Of a DNA stretch of 54,517 nt, positions 8,990 to 18,514 are shown piece by piece. The notes beneath the pieces are model-generated. The model searched no databases. It was given only the letters and a program-made list of their open reading frames with translations, and had not been told where the DNA came from. Every line of letters begins with the position of its first letter. Positions within the stretch are counted from its first letter, which is position 1. This DNA comes from a virus. Its lineage: Duplodnaviria > Caudoviricetes. The position numbers and the translations under genes were made by a program. Location: the IMG/VR virus record IMGVR_UViG_3300044577_000018, positions 1-54,517 of that record. One strand, 5' to 3'.

Positions 8990-9883
8990 ATGGGTCTAGC
9001 CGTTACTACGCCTACCAACACGGTACTACTTACCACAATAGAGCAGGCTAAAACCGAGATAGGCGTTAGTGTCGCTACTCACGATCCTATTTTCGACACG
9101 TTCGTACGTCAGGCCGGCGACATGGCTGACAAGTATTGCCGCCGCGTTTTCATGCGCCAAAAGTACACGGAGACGGTAGGCGCTTTTGGTACGCCCTACT
9201 TCTCACTTAGCCAAGCTCCTGTCTTGGTACTACATTCGTCAACCTACAAAGGGGATACGCTAACCGACGTCTCTATAGCCGATGCGGGCGAAGGTTTACT
9301 GTACAGGCGAGGCGGCTTCTTTTGGACGGCTCAGGGATTCGGCGCCGGCGGTTTAGGGTCCGGTTTGTTTCTTAGCCGCGGTATACCCATACCGCTAACC
9401 GAGGAGCCTGACTACGTATTCGTTCACACGTCCGGATACCTAACCCGAGCTCACGATCTATGTGCCAAGTCCACGCTATCCGCTTCCGTCACCGACGACT
9501 CCTTCAATGATTCGGCTTCCGGCTTCCCTCCTTTGATTCAATCAGGCGACATTGTAGAGGCTTCCGGCTTTACCAACGCAGCAAACAACGGTCGGCACGT
9601 GGTATCGGGTACGCCTACGATAGCCAAGATAGTAGTAGGCACGACTTTGGTAACCGAGTCAGCAGCAAAGGGGCGTACAATATTGTTCTCTACTCTGCCG
9701 GGTGACGTAGAGCGGAGCATTCTCGAGATCGTTAAGTCGCTATACGCGCAAAGAGCCACAGACTCAATGCTGATTGAAAAACAACTTGGGCCTGCACGCG
9801 TTAGGTACTCCGAGAATCGGGGATCGGGTGCTATAGGGCTACCGCCTACAGCGGCGGCTTTACTCAAACCGTGGATTAGATAG
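8990..9883 (+). CDS. Head-tail adaptor (gp6/gp15-like) with inserted domain
   Basis: LTTIEQAKTEIG...DKYCRR N-terminus and LPGDVERSILEIV...LLKPW C-terminus. Confidence 0.7.
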   Translation: MGLAVTTPTNTVLLTTIEQAKTEIGVSVATHDPIFDTFVRQAGDMADKYCRRVFMRQKYTETVGAFGTPYFSLSQAPVLVLHSSTYKGDTLTDVSIADAGEGLLYRRGGFFWTAQGFGAGGLGSGLFLSRGIPIPLTEEPDYVFVHTSGYLTRAHDLCAKSTLSASVTDDSFNDSASGFPPLIQSGDIVEASGFTNAANNGRHVVSGTPTIAKIVVGTTLVTESAAKGRTILFSTLPGDVERSILEIVKSLYAQRATDSMLIEKQLGPARVRYSENRGSGAIGLPPTAAALLKPWIR

Positions 9884-9892
9884 GAGACTACA

Positions 9893-10114
9893 GTGCATTT
9901 GGGAGTTTGCAGGGATTGTCAAGAGGTTACTAGCGGCGACTGTGGGAAGCACGACGGCTTACTGCATTTCGGTACTCTAGATACTCTACGTACTCTAGAT
10001 ACTCCACATATTGTGGACGGCAGTCGCATAGCTACTGACGCAGAGGTACGCGAGCTACTCGAAAGACACATACGCGAGTCCAAAGAGTTGTACGAGAAGT
10101 TAGCGAAACTGTAA
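9893..10114 (+). CDS. Hypothetical protein
   Basis: AGGAG RBS, CxxC; abuts the next gene. Confidence 0.4.
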   Translation: MHLGVCRDCQEVTSGDCGKHDGLLHFGTLDTLRTLDTPHIVDGSRIATDAEVRELLERHIRESKELYEKLAKL

Positions 10115-10447
10115 ATGCCTCTCGATCCCTCACTACTAGAGTTCATGCCCGATGAAATAACGATCGAACCCTTCGAGTCTACAACCGTGACACAAGCTCA
10201 CGTCTACGGTCCGGCTGTTACTCATGCGGCTCAAGTCGTCAATGAGTACGAGCGTGTTATCGATCGCAATGGGCGTGACGTAAAGTCAATAGCCCGCGCT
10301 ATCGTAGCGGAGCGCTTACATATAGATCCGCGCTCGAGGATAACGCTCCCCACAGGTTGGGTGCCGAACCAACCAGCTATCATCGCCGTGCGCCCTAAAG
10401 GTGGGATAGCTACTATTGGCATGGATACCACGGAGATACTTTTCTAG
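10115..10447 (+). CDS. Putative head closure/stopper protein
   Basis: Size and position; YGPAV, GRDVKS and RITLP patterns. Confidence 0.55.
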   Translation: MPLDPSLLEFMPDEITIEPFESTTVTQAHVYGPAVTHAAQVVNEYERVIDRNGRDVKSIARAIVAERLHIDPRSRITLPTGWVPNQPAIIAVRPKGGIATIGMDTTEILF

Positions 10448-10448
10448 C

Positions 10449-10691
10449 GTGGTCTACGTAGATGACGCTCGCAACTCTTACGGTCGGATGCTTATGTGCC
10501 ACATGATGGCGGATCGCGATAGACAGTTGCACGAAATGGCGGACAGCATAGGCGTTGCGCGTAGGCATCATCAAGGCGATCATTACGACATCTGTCAGTC
10601 GAAACGCGCTCTAGCTGTGTCGTTAGGTGCTGTAGAGATATCTCAGCGTCAGATGGTTACCGTTAGACGTCGTCACAGGAGTCGGCACTAG
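10449..10691 (+). CDS. DUF4031-family protein
   Basis: VYVDD...MCHMMAD...LHEMADSIG..R...HYDI...KRALAVSLGA. Confidence 0.8.
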   Translation: MVYVDDARNSYGRMLMCHMMADRDRQLHEMADSIGVARRHHQGDHYDICQSKRALAVSLGAVEISQRQMVTVRRRHRSRH

Positions 10692-11974
10692 TGGGTTTTC
10701 TAGCTAACGCTCGTACGCGCTTCAAACAGCTATTCCCGCGCACCCGAGCCAACCCACGCGCCGAGGTCTTCGGGCATCGCTCCGAGCCTCCTGTACGCGG
10801 TACGCAGGATTATCTAGAGTCGTATAACGAATCTCCTTGGGTGCGCGGTGTCTCGAGTCGGGTAGCTCAAGTAGTAGGTGAAACTGTTTGGACGGCCGCA
10901 CGTACTGATCGCACCGATCGACCGGTACCGTCTAATCATTTAATGCTTCAAACGCTACGTCGTCCTAACGAGCTGCTATCCGGTACGTCCTTAATGCGAG
11001 TAACGCAGCTGTGTTTGGATCTCACCGGAGACGCCTTCTGGTTGCTCGAGCGCAACAGCGTCGATGCGCCGGTTAAGTATTGGCCTATACCGCCGCATTG
11101 GGTCGCTGACCTACCGCGTCAGGATAGACCCACGTACAGAATATCCTGGCAAACGTGGCAGGCGGAGATACCCGAGCGTGAAGTATTTTGGGCGCACGAC
11201 CCCTCGCCAGTCAACCCATACGGACGCGGGCACGGGATCATACAAGCGCTAGCGGATGAGGTGACTACGGACGAATTCGCGGCCAAGCATACGGGTACCA
11301 TGTTCTTTAACAAGGCTACGCCTGAGTTTGTAGTCATGGATCCGGATGCCGGTTCAGGGGAAATGGATACGCATGAGCGCCATTGGAATGAGCGCCTACG
11401 AGGGTTGTACCGTGCTTTTAAGCCGTACTTTACCAACCGTGCGCTTACATTCTGGCAGCCTCAGCAAATGAATTTAGAAAACCTCACGCTCGTACCCTTG
11501 CGTAAATTCGAGCGCGACATCCAGCTACAGTGCTGGGGTATGCCGCCTGAGCAGCTCGGTATTGTCGAAAAGTCTAACCGCGCGACGGTAGACGCTTCTA
11601 GCTTCATATTCGAATCCCGTCTTATACGCCCGCGTAGATCATTTCTAGCGGATGAGTTGACACTGAAGCTAGCTCCCGAATATGACAAACGGCTGGCGAT
11701 CGGCTTCATAGATACAACGCCTCAGGATAAGGTGCATACGCTTAATGTTATGAAGGCTAACCCGGCAGCCTTTACCTTCGATGCGTGGCGTAAGCTAGCC
11801 GATATGCCGCCTGAGGAAGATAAGGATCTAGGTAACGCTCGTACGATACCCCTCAACCTGTACGTTACTAGCGATCCGCTGGATAATACCCAACGTCCGA
11901 ATCAACCGGGTGCAGCAGCTAACACGGACGGTGATCCTGATCCTCCTGATCCTGATCCTGAGGACGATGACTAA
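10691..11974 (+). CDS. HK97-type portal protein
   Basis: PNELLSG, LTGDAFW, WPIPPHWV, PYGRGHG, FFNKATP, GMPPEQLG. Confidence 0.9.
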   Translation: MGFLANARTRFKQLFPRTRANPRAEVFGHRSEPPVRGTQDYLESYNESPWVRGVSSRVAQVVGETVWTAARTDRTDRPVPSNHLMLQTLRRPNELLSGTSLMRVTQLCLDLTGDAFWLLERNSVDAPVKYWPIPPHWVADLPRQDRPTYRISWQTWQAEIPEREVFWAHDPSPVNPYGRGHGIIQALADEVTTDEFAAKHTGTMFFNKATPEFVVMDPDAGSGEMDTHERHWNERLRGLYRAFKPYFTNRALTFWQPQQMNLENLTLVPLRKFERDIQLQCWGMPPEQLGIVEKSNRATVDASSFIFESRLIRPRRSFLADELTLKLAPEYDKRLAIGFIDTTPQDKVHTLNVMKANPAAFTFDAWRKLADMPPEEDKDLGNARTIPLNLYVTSDPLDNTQRPNQPGAAANTDGDPDPPDPDPEDDD

Positions 11975-12414
11975 TGGCTGGCGACACTAGGATCCGCTTC
12001 GGCAAAGCACGTATAGAGCTCAGGGGTTTTACTAAGCTATTTACGCGCGTTGATCGTATAGGTCTAGATACTGTGGATGTGTCTAAGGACGTGTACGCCG
12101 CTGCGATTAAGCGGGTGCTTGCGCGTAGCCAGTCCCAAGTCCCGGTAGACAAGGGTAACTTACGTGCTTCCGGTCGCGTATCGAAACCTCGAGTCAACAA
12201 ACGTACCCGCGTAGTCACCGCCTCAGTCAACTATGGCGGTACGGTGCTCAAGCGTCTAGCTCCTGGGGAGCCTATGATCTACGGTATCGTTGTACACGAG
12301 GATCCGACCGGAAGCGGTTTCAAATTTCTAGAGCGCCCTATGGTAGCCGAGAAGGCGGCCGTAATGGGTGATCTCCAAAGGCGTATCAAGGCTAGGCTAG
12401 AGCGCGGGAGGTGA
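11974..12414 (+). CDS. HK97 gp10-like tail completion protein
   Basis: VPVDKGNLRAS, YGIVVHE, KFLERP. Confidence 0.75.
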   Translation: MAGDTRIRFGKARIELRGFTKLFTRVDRIGLDTVDVSKDVYAAAIKRVLARSQSQVPVDKGNLRASGRVSKPRVNKRTRVVTASVNYGGTVLKRLAPGEPMIYGIVVHEDPTGSGFKFLERPMVAEKAAVMGDLQRRIKARLERGR

Positions 12415-12415
12415 C

Positions 12416-12574
12416 ATGCGCGTAAGATTCACAGTAACCGATACTCCCTATCAGGCGGGTAGCGAATACGACTTGCCGGCGGGTGAGGCTAAGAAGTTCA
12501 TACGGCACAAGGTAGCTGTACAGGTCGGCAAGGAATCGAAGCCGGTCACGCGGAAGGTAACCAAGAAGAGGTAA
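12416..12574 (+). CDS. Small 52-aa neck-region protein (not in ORF track)
   Basis: GGAGGT RBS; MRVRFTVTDTPYQAGSEYDLPAGEAKKFIRHKVAV... Confidence 0.5.
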   Translation: MRVRFTVTDTPYQAGSEYDLPAGEAKKFIRHKVAVQVGKESKPVTRKVTKKR

Positions 12575-12585
12575 AAGGAGCTGAT

Positions 12586-12777
12586 ATGAGATGGCAAATC
12601 AAGATGTGGGGTAGACAGAAGAAGGAAGCTATTCTCCGCTGGCTAGCGATGCGAGTGCCGCGCTCGCTCCGCTATTACGCCTTTATTCAGGCTACGGCGG
12701 ATTATTCGATCGAGGTCGAGCCCAACACGGAAGCGGGCGCTATCAGAGCTATAGACGTAGTGAAAGTGTTGAGGTGA
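12586..12777 (+). CDS. Hypothetical protein
   Basis: AAGGAG RBS, 63 aa. Confidence 0.45.
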   Translation: MRWQIKMWGRQKKEAILRWLAMRVPRSLRYYAFIQATADYSIEVEPNTEAGAIRAIDVVKVLR

Positions 12778-12787
12778 GCGGGTAAGG

Positions 12788-13198
12788 ATGGCGTCCGTAC
12801 CAGAAGATCTCATAACGCAGCTCGTCACCGACACGGGTATAGCTGAAATAGCGGGTACGGATATCTTTAAGGGTCCGCCTCCCGAGATGCCCGAGAATGT
12901 AGTTGCTATCACCCACTACGCCGGCGAGGCTGCCGATGACCGTACTATGGGTCCGTCCCTTACTGCGCCCGGCCTAGAGATAGCTCTCGTACAACTATTC
13001 GTACGGCATTCATTAGAAGCTACCGCCAAGACTAAAGCCGACGTCTACCATGCGCTTTTGGACGGCCTAGATGGTACACTGAGCGGACGCAAATACTTTA
13101 ACGTAGAGAGCATCGACTCTATGCCTTACTCAATAGGGCAGGACTCGAGGCACCTGTATCGTATTGTTTGCAACTTCAGGGTGGAACATGCACGCTAA
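12788..13198 (+). CDS. Putative tail terminator
   Basis: Precedes the tail tube genes; GTDIF..P..P, VQLFVR and CNF motifs. Confidence 0.65.
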   Translation: MASVPEDLITQLVTDTGIAEIAGTDIFKGPPPEMPENVVAITHYAGEAADDRTMGPSLTAPGLEIALVQLFVRHSLEATAKTKADVYHALLDGLDGTLSGRKYFNVESIDSMPYSIGQDSRHLYRIVCNFRVEHAR

Positions 13199-13502
13199 CG
13201 TGGACGTGGTAGAACGGTTACGTAAGTTACGGCTACTTGTTGAAACGCAAGCCGAGTTGTGCATAGGCATGCTGGATGGTGCGATAGCTGAGATCGAGAA
13301 TGCCGGTCTACACGATCCGGTTGAGGTTGATCCGGTTTTGTGCGTAGCTTGCAAAGAGAGAGATCCCGAGAAGATAGAAGACACCACCTACTACGAAGGT
13401 GACAAGCGAATAAAGCGTATGACGTGCCTCACGTGTGGTCTGAGCCGGTACCCTACGTCAAACGACGACAGCTTACATTTGGAGGTTCCTGCTAATGGCT
13501 GA
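13188..13502 (+). CDS. Hypothetical protein with two CxxC motifs
   Basis: CVAC and CLTC; overlaps both neighbours; start uncertain. Confidence 0.4.
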   Translation: MHANVDVVERLRKLRLLVETQAELCIGMLDGAIAEIENAGLHDPVEVDPVLCVACKERDPEKIEDTTYYEGDKRIKRMTCLTCGLSRYPTSNDDSLHLEVPANG

Positions 13503-14271
13503 GCCTACACTACTAAAAAACGTAGCGTGCTGGTTAGGTGGGTATGACTTCTCGAGTCACTTAACCGCTATCAACCTGACTGCGGCAAAGGCGGAACTAG
13601 CTAACGCGCGGTTTAGTGACGAGGACGTATTCTTTCCTGGACTGCATCAGATATCCGCTGAGGTTAGCGGCTTCTATGCGTCTTCGGTTGCTGCCGATCC
13701 CGATCCGGTGATATGGGTTCGGCTAGACCCGTCACTTACGCCGGCGTCGTGGCCGCTGCTTATGTTCCCTCCCTTTTCCCCCGCTGGTGCGCCTAATACA
13801 TTCGGCAACCGGGGCTACTTAGTCGTAGGGAATCAATTCAACTACAACCTAGGCGGCACTCATGGGGAACTCCAGCAGTTCGCTCTGGGCACAAAGCTAG
13901 GTACTACCTACGCTCTTACCCGCCAACGGCTCATGGCGGCTAAGGCAGCTGTATCTGGTACAACTACCGGCACGGGGCTGCAACTCGGCGCCTTGTCGGC
14001 TACCCAGCGTATGGTTATCAGCTACCACGTTTTTCTGATCACGGGCACTGGCTCCTGGACACTCACCATTGAGAGCGATGACAACTCCGGGTTTACATCC
14101 GCCACAGTACGCGCTACCGCTACCGTTGTGTCCGATGCCGACGATCCGGCTACCGAAGTACTAACCGTAGCCGGAGCTGTCACCGATGATTGGTGGCGTG
14201 CAGTGTTAACCGAGACCTCAGGTACTTCAACCGTCACCTATGCCGTTAGCATGGGCATAGATCCCACGTAA
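13495..14271 (+). CDS. Tail tube-like protein 1 with C-terminal extra domain
   Basis: GGYDFSSHL, FFPGL and GEL motifs; paralog of the next gene. Confidence 0.6.
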   Translation: MAEPTLLKNVACWLGGYDFSSHLTAINLTAAKAELANARFSDEDVFFPGLHQISAEVSGFYASSVAADPDPVIWVRLDPSLTPASWPLLMFPPFSPAGAPNTFGNRGYLVVGNQFNYNLGGTHGELQQFALGTKLGTTYALTRQRLMAAKAAVSGTTTGTGLQLGALSATQRMVISYHVFLITGTGSWTLTIESDDNSGFTSATVRATATVVSDADDPATEVLTVAGAVTDDWWRAVLTETSGTSTVTYAVSMGIDPT

Positions 14272-14286
14272 AAGGAGAGCTAACAA

Positions 14287-14739
14287 ATGGCTGAGCCTAC
14301 ATTATTCAAAAACGCGAAAGCTGCATGGGCTACCGGCACTGCTACCGGTGCAACGCTTACTCAGATATCAGACGTCAAGAGTGTTGCTCTACCTCTAACC
14401 AAGGCAGAGCTAGCTAACAGCGTCATGAGCGACGATGGGGAGACGTTTTTTCCTGGTCTGATCTCCGCGCCTATTACCGTCGTCGCTCGACAGTCGTTTG
14501 CGACAGGATCGACAGCGGTAGATCAGCAAGCGTACGACCGTTGGAATGGCGGTGACAAATTCCGCTTCGAGTTCGCGCCTGTCAATGCTGCTCTATCGGC
14601 TACTAACCCCGCGTACCACTTCTCGCGTGTAGGTGTATTTAGCTTTACGCCTATCAACGGTGCGCACGGTGAGTTGCTAGAGAACTCAATCGAGATGCGC
14701 ATGCTCTCCGGGTGCGTACTCTCGCGCAAGACTGCGTAA
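14287..14739 (+). CDS. Major tail tube-like protein 2
   Basis: Upstream of chaperone and tape measure; FPGL, SATNP.Y, PING.HGEL. Confidence 0.7.
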   Translation: MAEPTLFKNAKAAWATGTATGATLTQISDVKSVALPLTKAELANSVMSDDGETFFPGLISAPITVVARQSFATGSTAVDQQAYDRWNGGDKFRFEFAPVNAALSATNPAYHFSRVGVFSFTPINGAHGELLENSIEMRMLSGCVLSRKTA

Positions 14740-14767
14740 ATTGTAAACGTTGTAAAGGAGGAACGAC

Positions 14768-15172
14768 GTGTCTACTACTAAGACGGTGAGCCCGATTACA
14801 TTTGACTTTGGAGAGGGCAAGACTCGTGAGCTCAAGTTCACGCTCTCAGCTCTTCGCTTCTTCAAAGAGAATTTTGGCAAACCTCTCTGGCGCGTAAGGC
14901 TCATAGGACCCGGCGAGATCATGCCCGAGATGGCTGTCGATCACGTTTGTATGACGTTCGTTGTACAGGCGGCTTTGCTTGTAAGCGATTCCGAAATAAC
15001 CTTCGAGGCTACCGAAGAGCTGATGCAGTCCTACATTTCGTCTGGTGGCGATATACAAAAGATAGGTACTGCACTTCGTAACGCTTTCGAGGCTTCGGGT
15101 TTATTTGGTGAGCGCAAGGGCAAGGGCAAGGGCAAGGACCCAAACGAAAAGGGGGCTACTCCTTTGAATTAG
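14768..15172 (+). CDS. Tail assembly chaperone (gpG-like)
   Basis: Position before the tape measure; RELKFT; slippery site near the 3' end. Confidence 0.75.
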   Translation: MSTTKTVSPITFDFGEGKTRELKFTLSALRFFKENFGKPLWRVRLIGPGEIMPEMAVDHVCMTFVVQAALLVSDSEITFEATEELMQSYISSGGDIQKIGTALRNAFEASGLFGERKGKGKGKDPNEKGATPLN

Positions 15173-15432
15173 ATAAGGAGGATCCCTCAGAGAAGTTATT
15201 AGATCTCTGGGAGCTAATCGGTTACCGATTAGGTCTTACGCCGGCTGAGATCGCTATCAGTACAGGTGCAGAGATCATGCAAATGTGGGAAGGCTACCAG
15301 TGGCGTGCTGGGGAGTCGTCTCGCTTGTTTGCTCTACAAACCTTCTACACGCTATCCATGTTTTCTAAAGACGTAACACCTGAGCTGCTGCTAGAGAGCT
15401 TCGGTGTTTACGATCCCGGCGACGAGGACTAG
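15139..15432 (+). CDS. gpGT-like extension reached by -1 frameshift at C CCA AAC
   Basis: Heptamer CCCAAAC at 15139-15145 in the correct phase; -1 frame is open to TAG 15430-15432, abutting the tape measure ATG; encodes LGLTPAEI...EIMQMWEGY. Confidence 0.8.
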   Translation, partial: PKRKGGYSFELDKEDPSEKLLDLWELIGYRLGLTPAEIAISTGAEIMQMWEGYQWRAGESSRLFALQTFYTLSMFSKDVTPELLLESFGVYDPGDED

Positions 15433-18400
15433 ATGGCTGTAGTTGGCGTTTTAACCGCGCTCTTTAAGTTCGATACCAAGGACGCTGAGAGGGGCGCTAA
15501 GAAGCTCAAGCGCACGCTTGGTTCGGAGCTGGCAAACTCTTTACGGGGTATGGGGGGTGCTGCCGGGGTTGCAGGTAAAGCACTCTCGGGTCTTGGTTCA
15601 GGCGGCGTTAAGAGTATGGCCCTTTTGGCGGGTGCGGTCGGAGCAGGCGCAGTTGGGATCACCAAGCTGATCGGCGTTGTCTCTAGCGGCGTCAGATCCT
15701 TTGCTTCCTTTGAATCCTCCATGACTCGCATCGAGACGCTTGTAGGTGTTAGCCGCAAGGAAGTCGACAGAATGTCGGACGCTGTCCGAGGGATCTCCAT
15801 TGCTACCGGACGAGGTCCCCAAGAACTAGCCGAAGGTTTGTTCCAGATCACATCGGCAGGTCTTAGGGGCGCTGAGGCGATGGAGACCCTAGAAGCCGCT
15901 GCTCGAGCTAGCGCGGTCGGGCTTGGTAGCGTTACAACTATAGCCGGGGTCGCTACTAGTGCGGTGAATGCTTACGGCAGCGCGAACATTACCGCCGAGA
16001 CAGCCGTAGGCGTTCTGCTGAAAACTGTACGAGAAGGCAAGGCATCGCCTGAAGAGTTGGCCGGGGCCTTAGGCAGAATCATTCCTGTCGCCGCTGCGAT
16101 GGGTGTTGAATTCTCAGAGGTGTCAGGCATCGTTGCCAGCATGACGCGGATCGGTTTATCGGGTTCGGAAAGCGTTAATGCGTTGCGCGGTGCAATGTTG
16201 GCGATTCTATCTCCAACGGAGCAAGCTAGGAAGGCGTTAAAAGAGGCCGAACTATCGATGGCTACCGTAGAGGCGGTGCTAAAAGAAGATGGCCTGATAG
16301 CTGCACTTCAACTTTTGCGCAAGAACCTAACGACGGATCAGCTGAAAAAGTTCTTAGGGAGATCGGAAGCTTTGGCCGGCGTTTTGGCCATTACTGGTAA
16401 TCGCTTTAAGGAGACAGCCGAGATCGTAGCGAGTACAGCCGATACGATGGGTGTCGTTGATGATGCGTTTGCGCGCACAAGTGAGACGGCTGCACAGAAA
16501 GCGGCAATCGTAACTCAAGCGTGGCAGGTTACTAAAGACAAAATCGGCGAAGCCTTTACTGATATGGCGTTTTCTACGCTAGAACTAGGAGACGCTGTCG
16601 GGCTTACCTCAATTCAAACAGCCGCAGCTACAACAGCACTGGCGCCTTATGTTTTTGCGTGGGAAGCGTTAGGTAGTGTACTTGAGTCTTTGGGGCTTAA
16701 AGAGACGAAAAAGAATATCGAAGAGCTGAGCGAGGCTGTAGATGCGTCAACCCTAAGTCTTGAGTTTGCACAAGAGCAGCAAGCAGCTACATTCGCCAGG
16801 CTGGACAAGGAAGTCGAGAGCAGAGCTAAGCGCGCTGCCGAGGCCGCCGCGAAGCTCGCTAAAGAGGCGAGAACGCTAGCTGAGATAGAGAAGACTCGTC
16901 TTACTGTTCTAGCGCCACTCGTAGAGATGCAACTCGAGTTTGCAGAGTCGGCAGAAGAGGCGGCATTTCAAGCGGAAGCTCTGAGTGACGCTCTAGATGA
17001 GTTTCCCGATGATACGGGCTTCGTAGAGTTACCCTTATTCCTAGACGAGACTGTAGGTGGTTTAGAGGACATAGGCAAAGCGATCCTAGGCAGTGTCGTA
17101 CCCGGTGTAGGCGATATAGAGGGAGCCACAAAAAAGGCTAAAGAGGGAGCCGACGCGTTCTCTAGATCTATAGCCGACTTGTCTAACCTCTTTAACGTAC
17201 TAGGGCTCGACGCTACCTCGTCTCTTGGGTCCGTCTTGAGTTCTGTAAGCGCGCTGTCCTCCGCCATCCAATCCGACAAAATAGACGTAAGCAAGATATT
17301 CGGCGATCCGGCTGAAGCTCAGAAAGCGGCTCAAGCTGTTATAGGTGGCATAGGTGCTATAGCTCAAGCTACCAGTTCAGGCTCTACCAAGTCGCGCGCG
17401 GGCAAGGGAGCTCTAGCGGGTGCTGCTGCTGGTGCTCAGTTCGGTCTAGTAGGTGCAGGTGTCGGTGCCGCTGCCGGCGCTATCACGGGTCTCTTACGCG
17501 GACGTAGTGCCGAGAAGGCTATGAAGACCATCGAGCGCGAGGTAGGTATCCGCGTCTCGGAAGGACTTCTAAAGGGTATCCGCGACTCGGGCCGACCTGC
17601 TGCTTTATTCATTGGAGACATATTCGCAGAGGGCATAGCAGCGGGTACAGCCAATGTCGACGATCTAGCGCGCGAAATGGGCGATGTATTCTCAGCCTTA
17701 CAGCAAGGCGGGATAACGGAATTCGAAGCCATCAAATCTCTTGAGGAGGCTACACCTCTACTACTTCAAAACCTACGAGACCTAGGTCCCGCAGGCGAGG
17801 AACAGATACAACGTATCATCGGCGCTGCTCAAGAGATGGGTCTAGAATTCAATGGCTTGGCTGAGATCATAGCTACCACCTTTGCGCCGGCCACAGTTGA
17901 AACCTTTAAGTCTCAGTTCGGGCTCACTAACGACGAGATCCGAGCCATGAGCAAGCTTCTAGGGATCGATATACAAACCGATCTACAACGTCTCGCTGCC
18001 TCAGTCGGACTCACAGCTAAGGAATTCAATGAATTAGGTGCAGCACTTGAGTCTAAGGTAGGTGTACCTGCAGAGCAGCTAGCGGAATTCCTAGAGGCTA
18101 GCGGGTTGTCAGCTGCCGAGTTGGCTCAGTCTCTTGGCGTAGACGTCGGCAAGGGGGCCGAGCTACTGGCAGGCGCACAGGGTAGAGCTAACGATCGCCT
18201 ACAAGAAGGTGCGCGTCTTGCCGATAGGTTGGCCGGTTCGCTACAAGCGGCTGCTAGGGCCTCGGGTAACATACGTGTACCGAGTGGCGGCAACATACAA
18301 GGGGCACAGCATGGAGAGATCGTTACCAGTCCAGCGCTGCGTGTTGTTGGAGAAGGAAGCGGAGCAGAGGTTATAGCACCTGTCAAAGCGCTACTGGATG

Positions 18401-18513
18401 CGGCTGCGCGGGTGGCGGCTGGCGGGGATCCTGAACTCCGACGCGCTATCAAGGACTTGCCGGCGGCTGTACAACGTGCTGTGATTGGCGGCATGCAAAG
18501 GAGCCTCACCTAA
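15433..18513 (+). CDS. Tape measure protein (TP901-like core)
   Basis: 1026 aa, Ala/Gly-rich and helical; FESSMTRI, ELAEGLFQITSAG; C-terminal GE..AEVIAP. Confidence 0.92.
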   Translation: MAVVGVLTALFKFDTKDAERGAKKLKRTLGSELANSLRGMGGAAGVAGKALSGLGSGGVKSMALLAGAVGAGAVGITKLIGVVSSGVRSFASFESSMTRIETLVGVSRKEVDRMSDAVRGISIATGRGPQELAEGLFQITSAGLRGAEAMETLEAAARASAVGLGSVTTIAGVATSAVNAYGSANITAETAVGVLLKTVREGKASPEELAGALGRIIPVAAAMGVEFSEVSGIVASMTRIGLSGSESVNALRGAMLAILSPTEQARKALKEAELSMATVEAVLKEDGLIAALQLLRKNLTTDQLKKFLGRSEALAGVLAITGNRFKETAEIVASTADTMGVVDDAFARTSETAAQKAAIVTQAWQVTKDKIGEAFTDMAFSTLELGDAVGLTSIQTAAATTALAPYVFAWEALGSVLESLGLKETKKNIEELSEAVDASTLSLEFAQEQQAATFARLDKEVESRAKRAAEAAAKLAKEARTLAEIEKTRLTVLAPLVEMQLEFAESAEEAAFQAEALSDALDEFPDDTGFVELPLFLDETVGGLEDIGKAILGSVVPGVGDIEGATKKAKEGADAFSRSIADLSNLFNVLGLDATSSLGSVLSSVSALSSAIQSDKIDVSKIFGDPAEAQKAAQAVIGGIGAIAQATSSGSTKSRAGKGALAGAAAGAQFGLVGAGVGAAAGAITGLLRGRSAEKAMKTIEREVGIRVSEGLLKGIRDSGRPAALFIGDIFAEGIAAGTANVDDLAREMGDVFSALQQGGITEFEAIKSLEEATPLLLQNLRDLGPAGEEQIQRIIGAAQEMGLEFNGLAEIIATTFAPATVETFKSQFGLTNDEIRAMSKLLGIDIQTDLQRLAASVGLTAKEFNELGAALESKVGVPAEQLAEFLEASGLSAAELAQSLGVDVGKGAELLAGAQGRANDRLQEGARLADRLAGSLQAAARASGNIRVPSGGNIQGAQHGEIVTSPALRVVGEGSGAEVIAPVKALLDAAARVAAGGDPELRRAIKDLPAAVQRAVIGGMQRSLT

Positions 18514-18514
18514 A

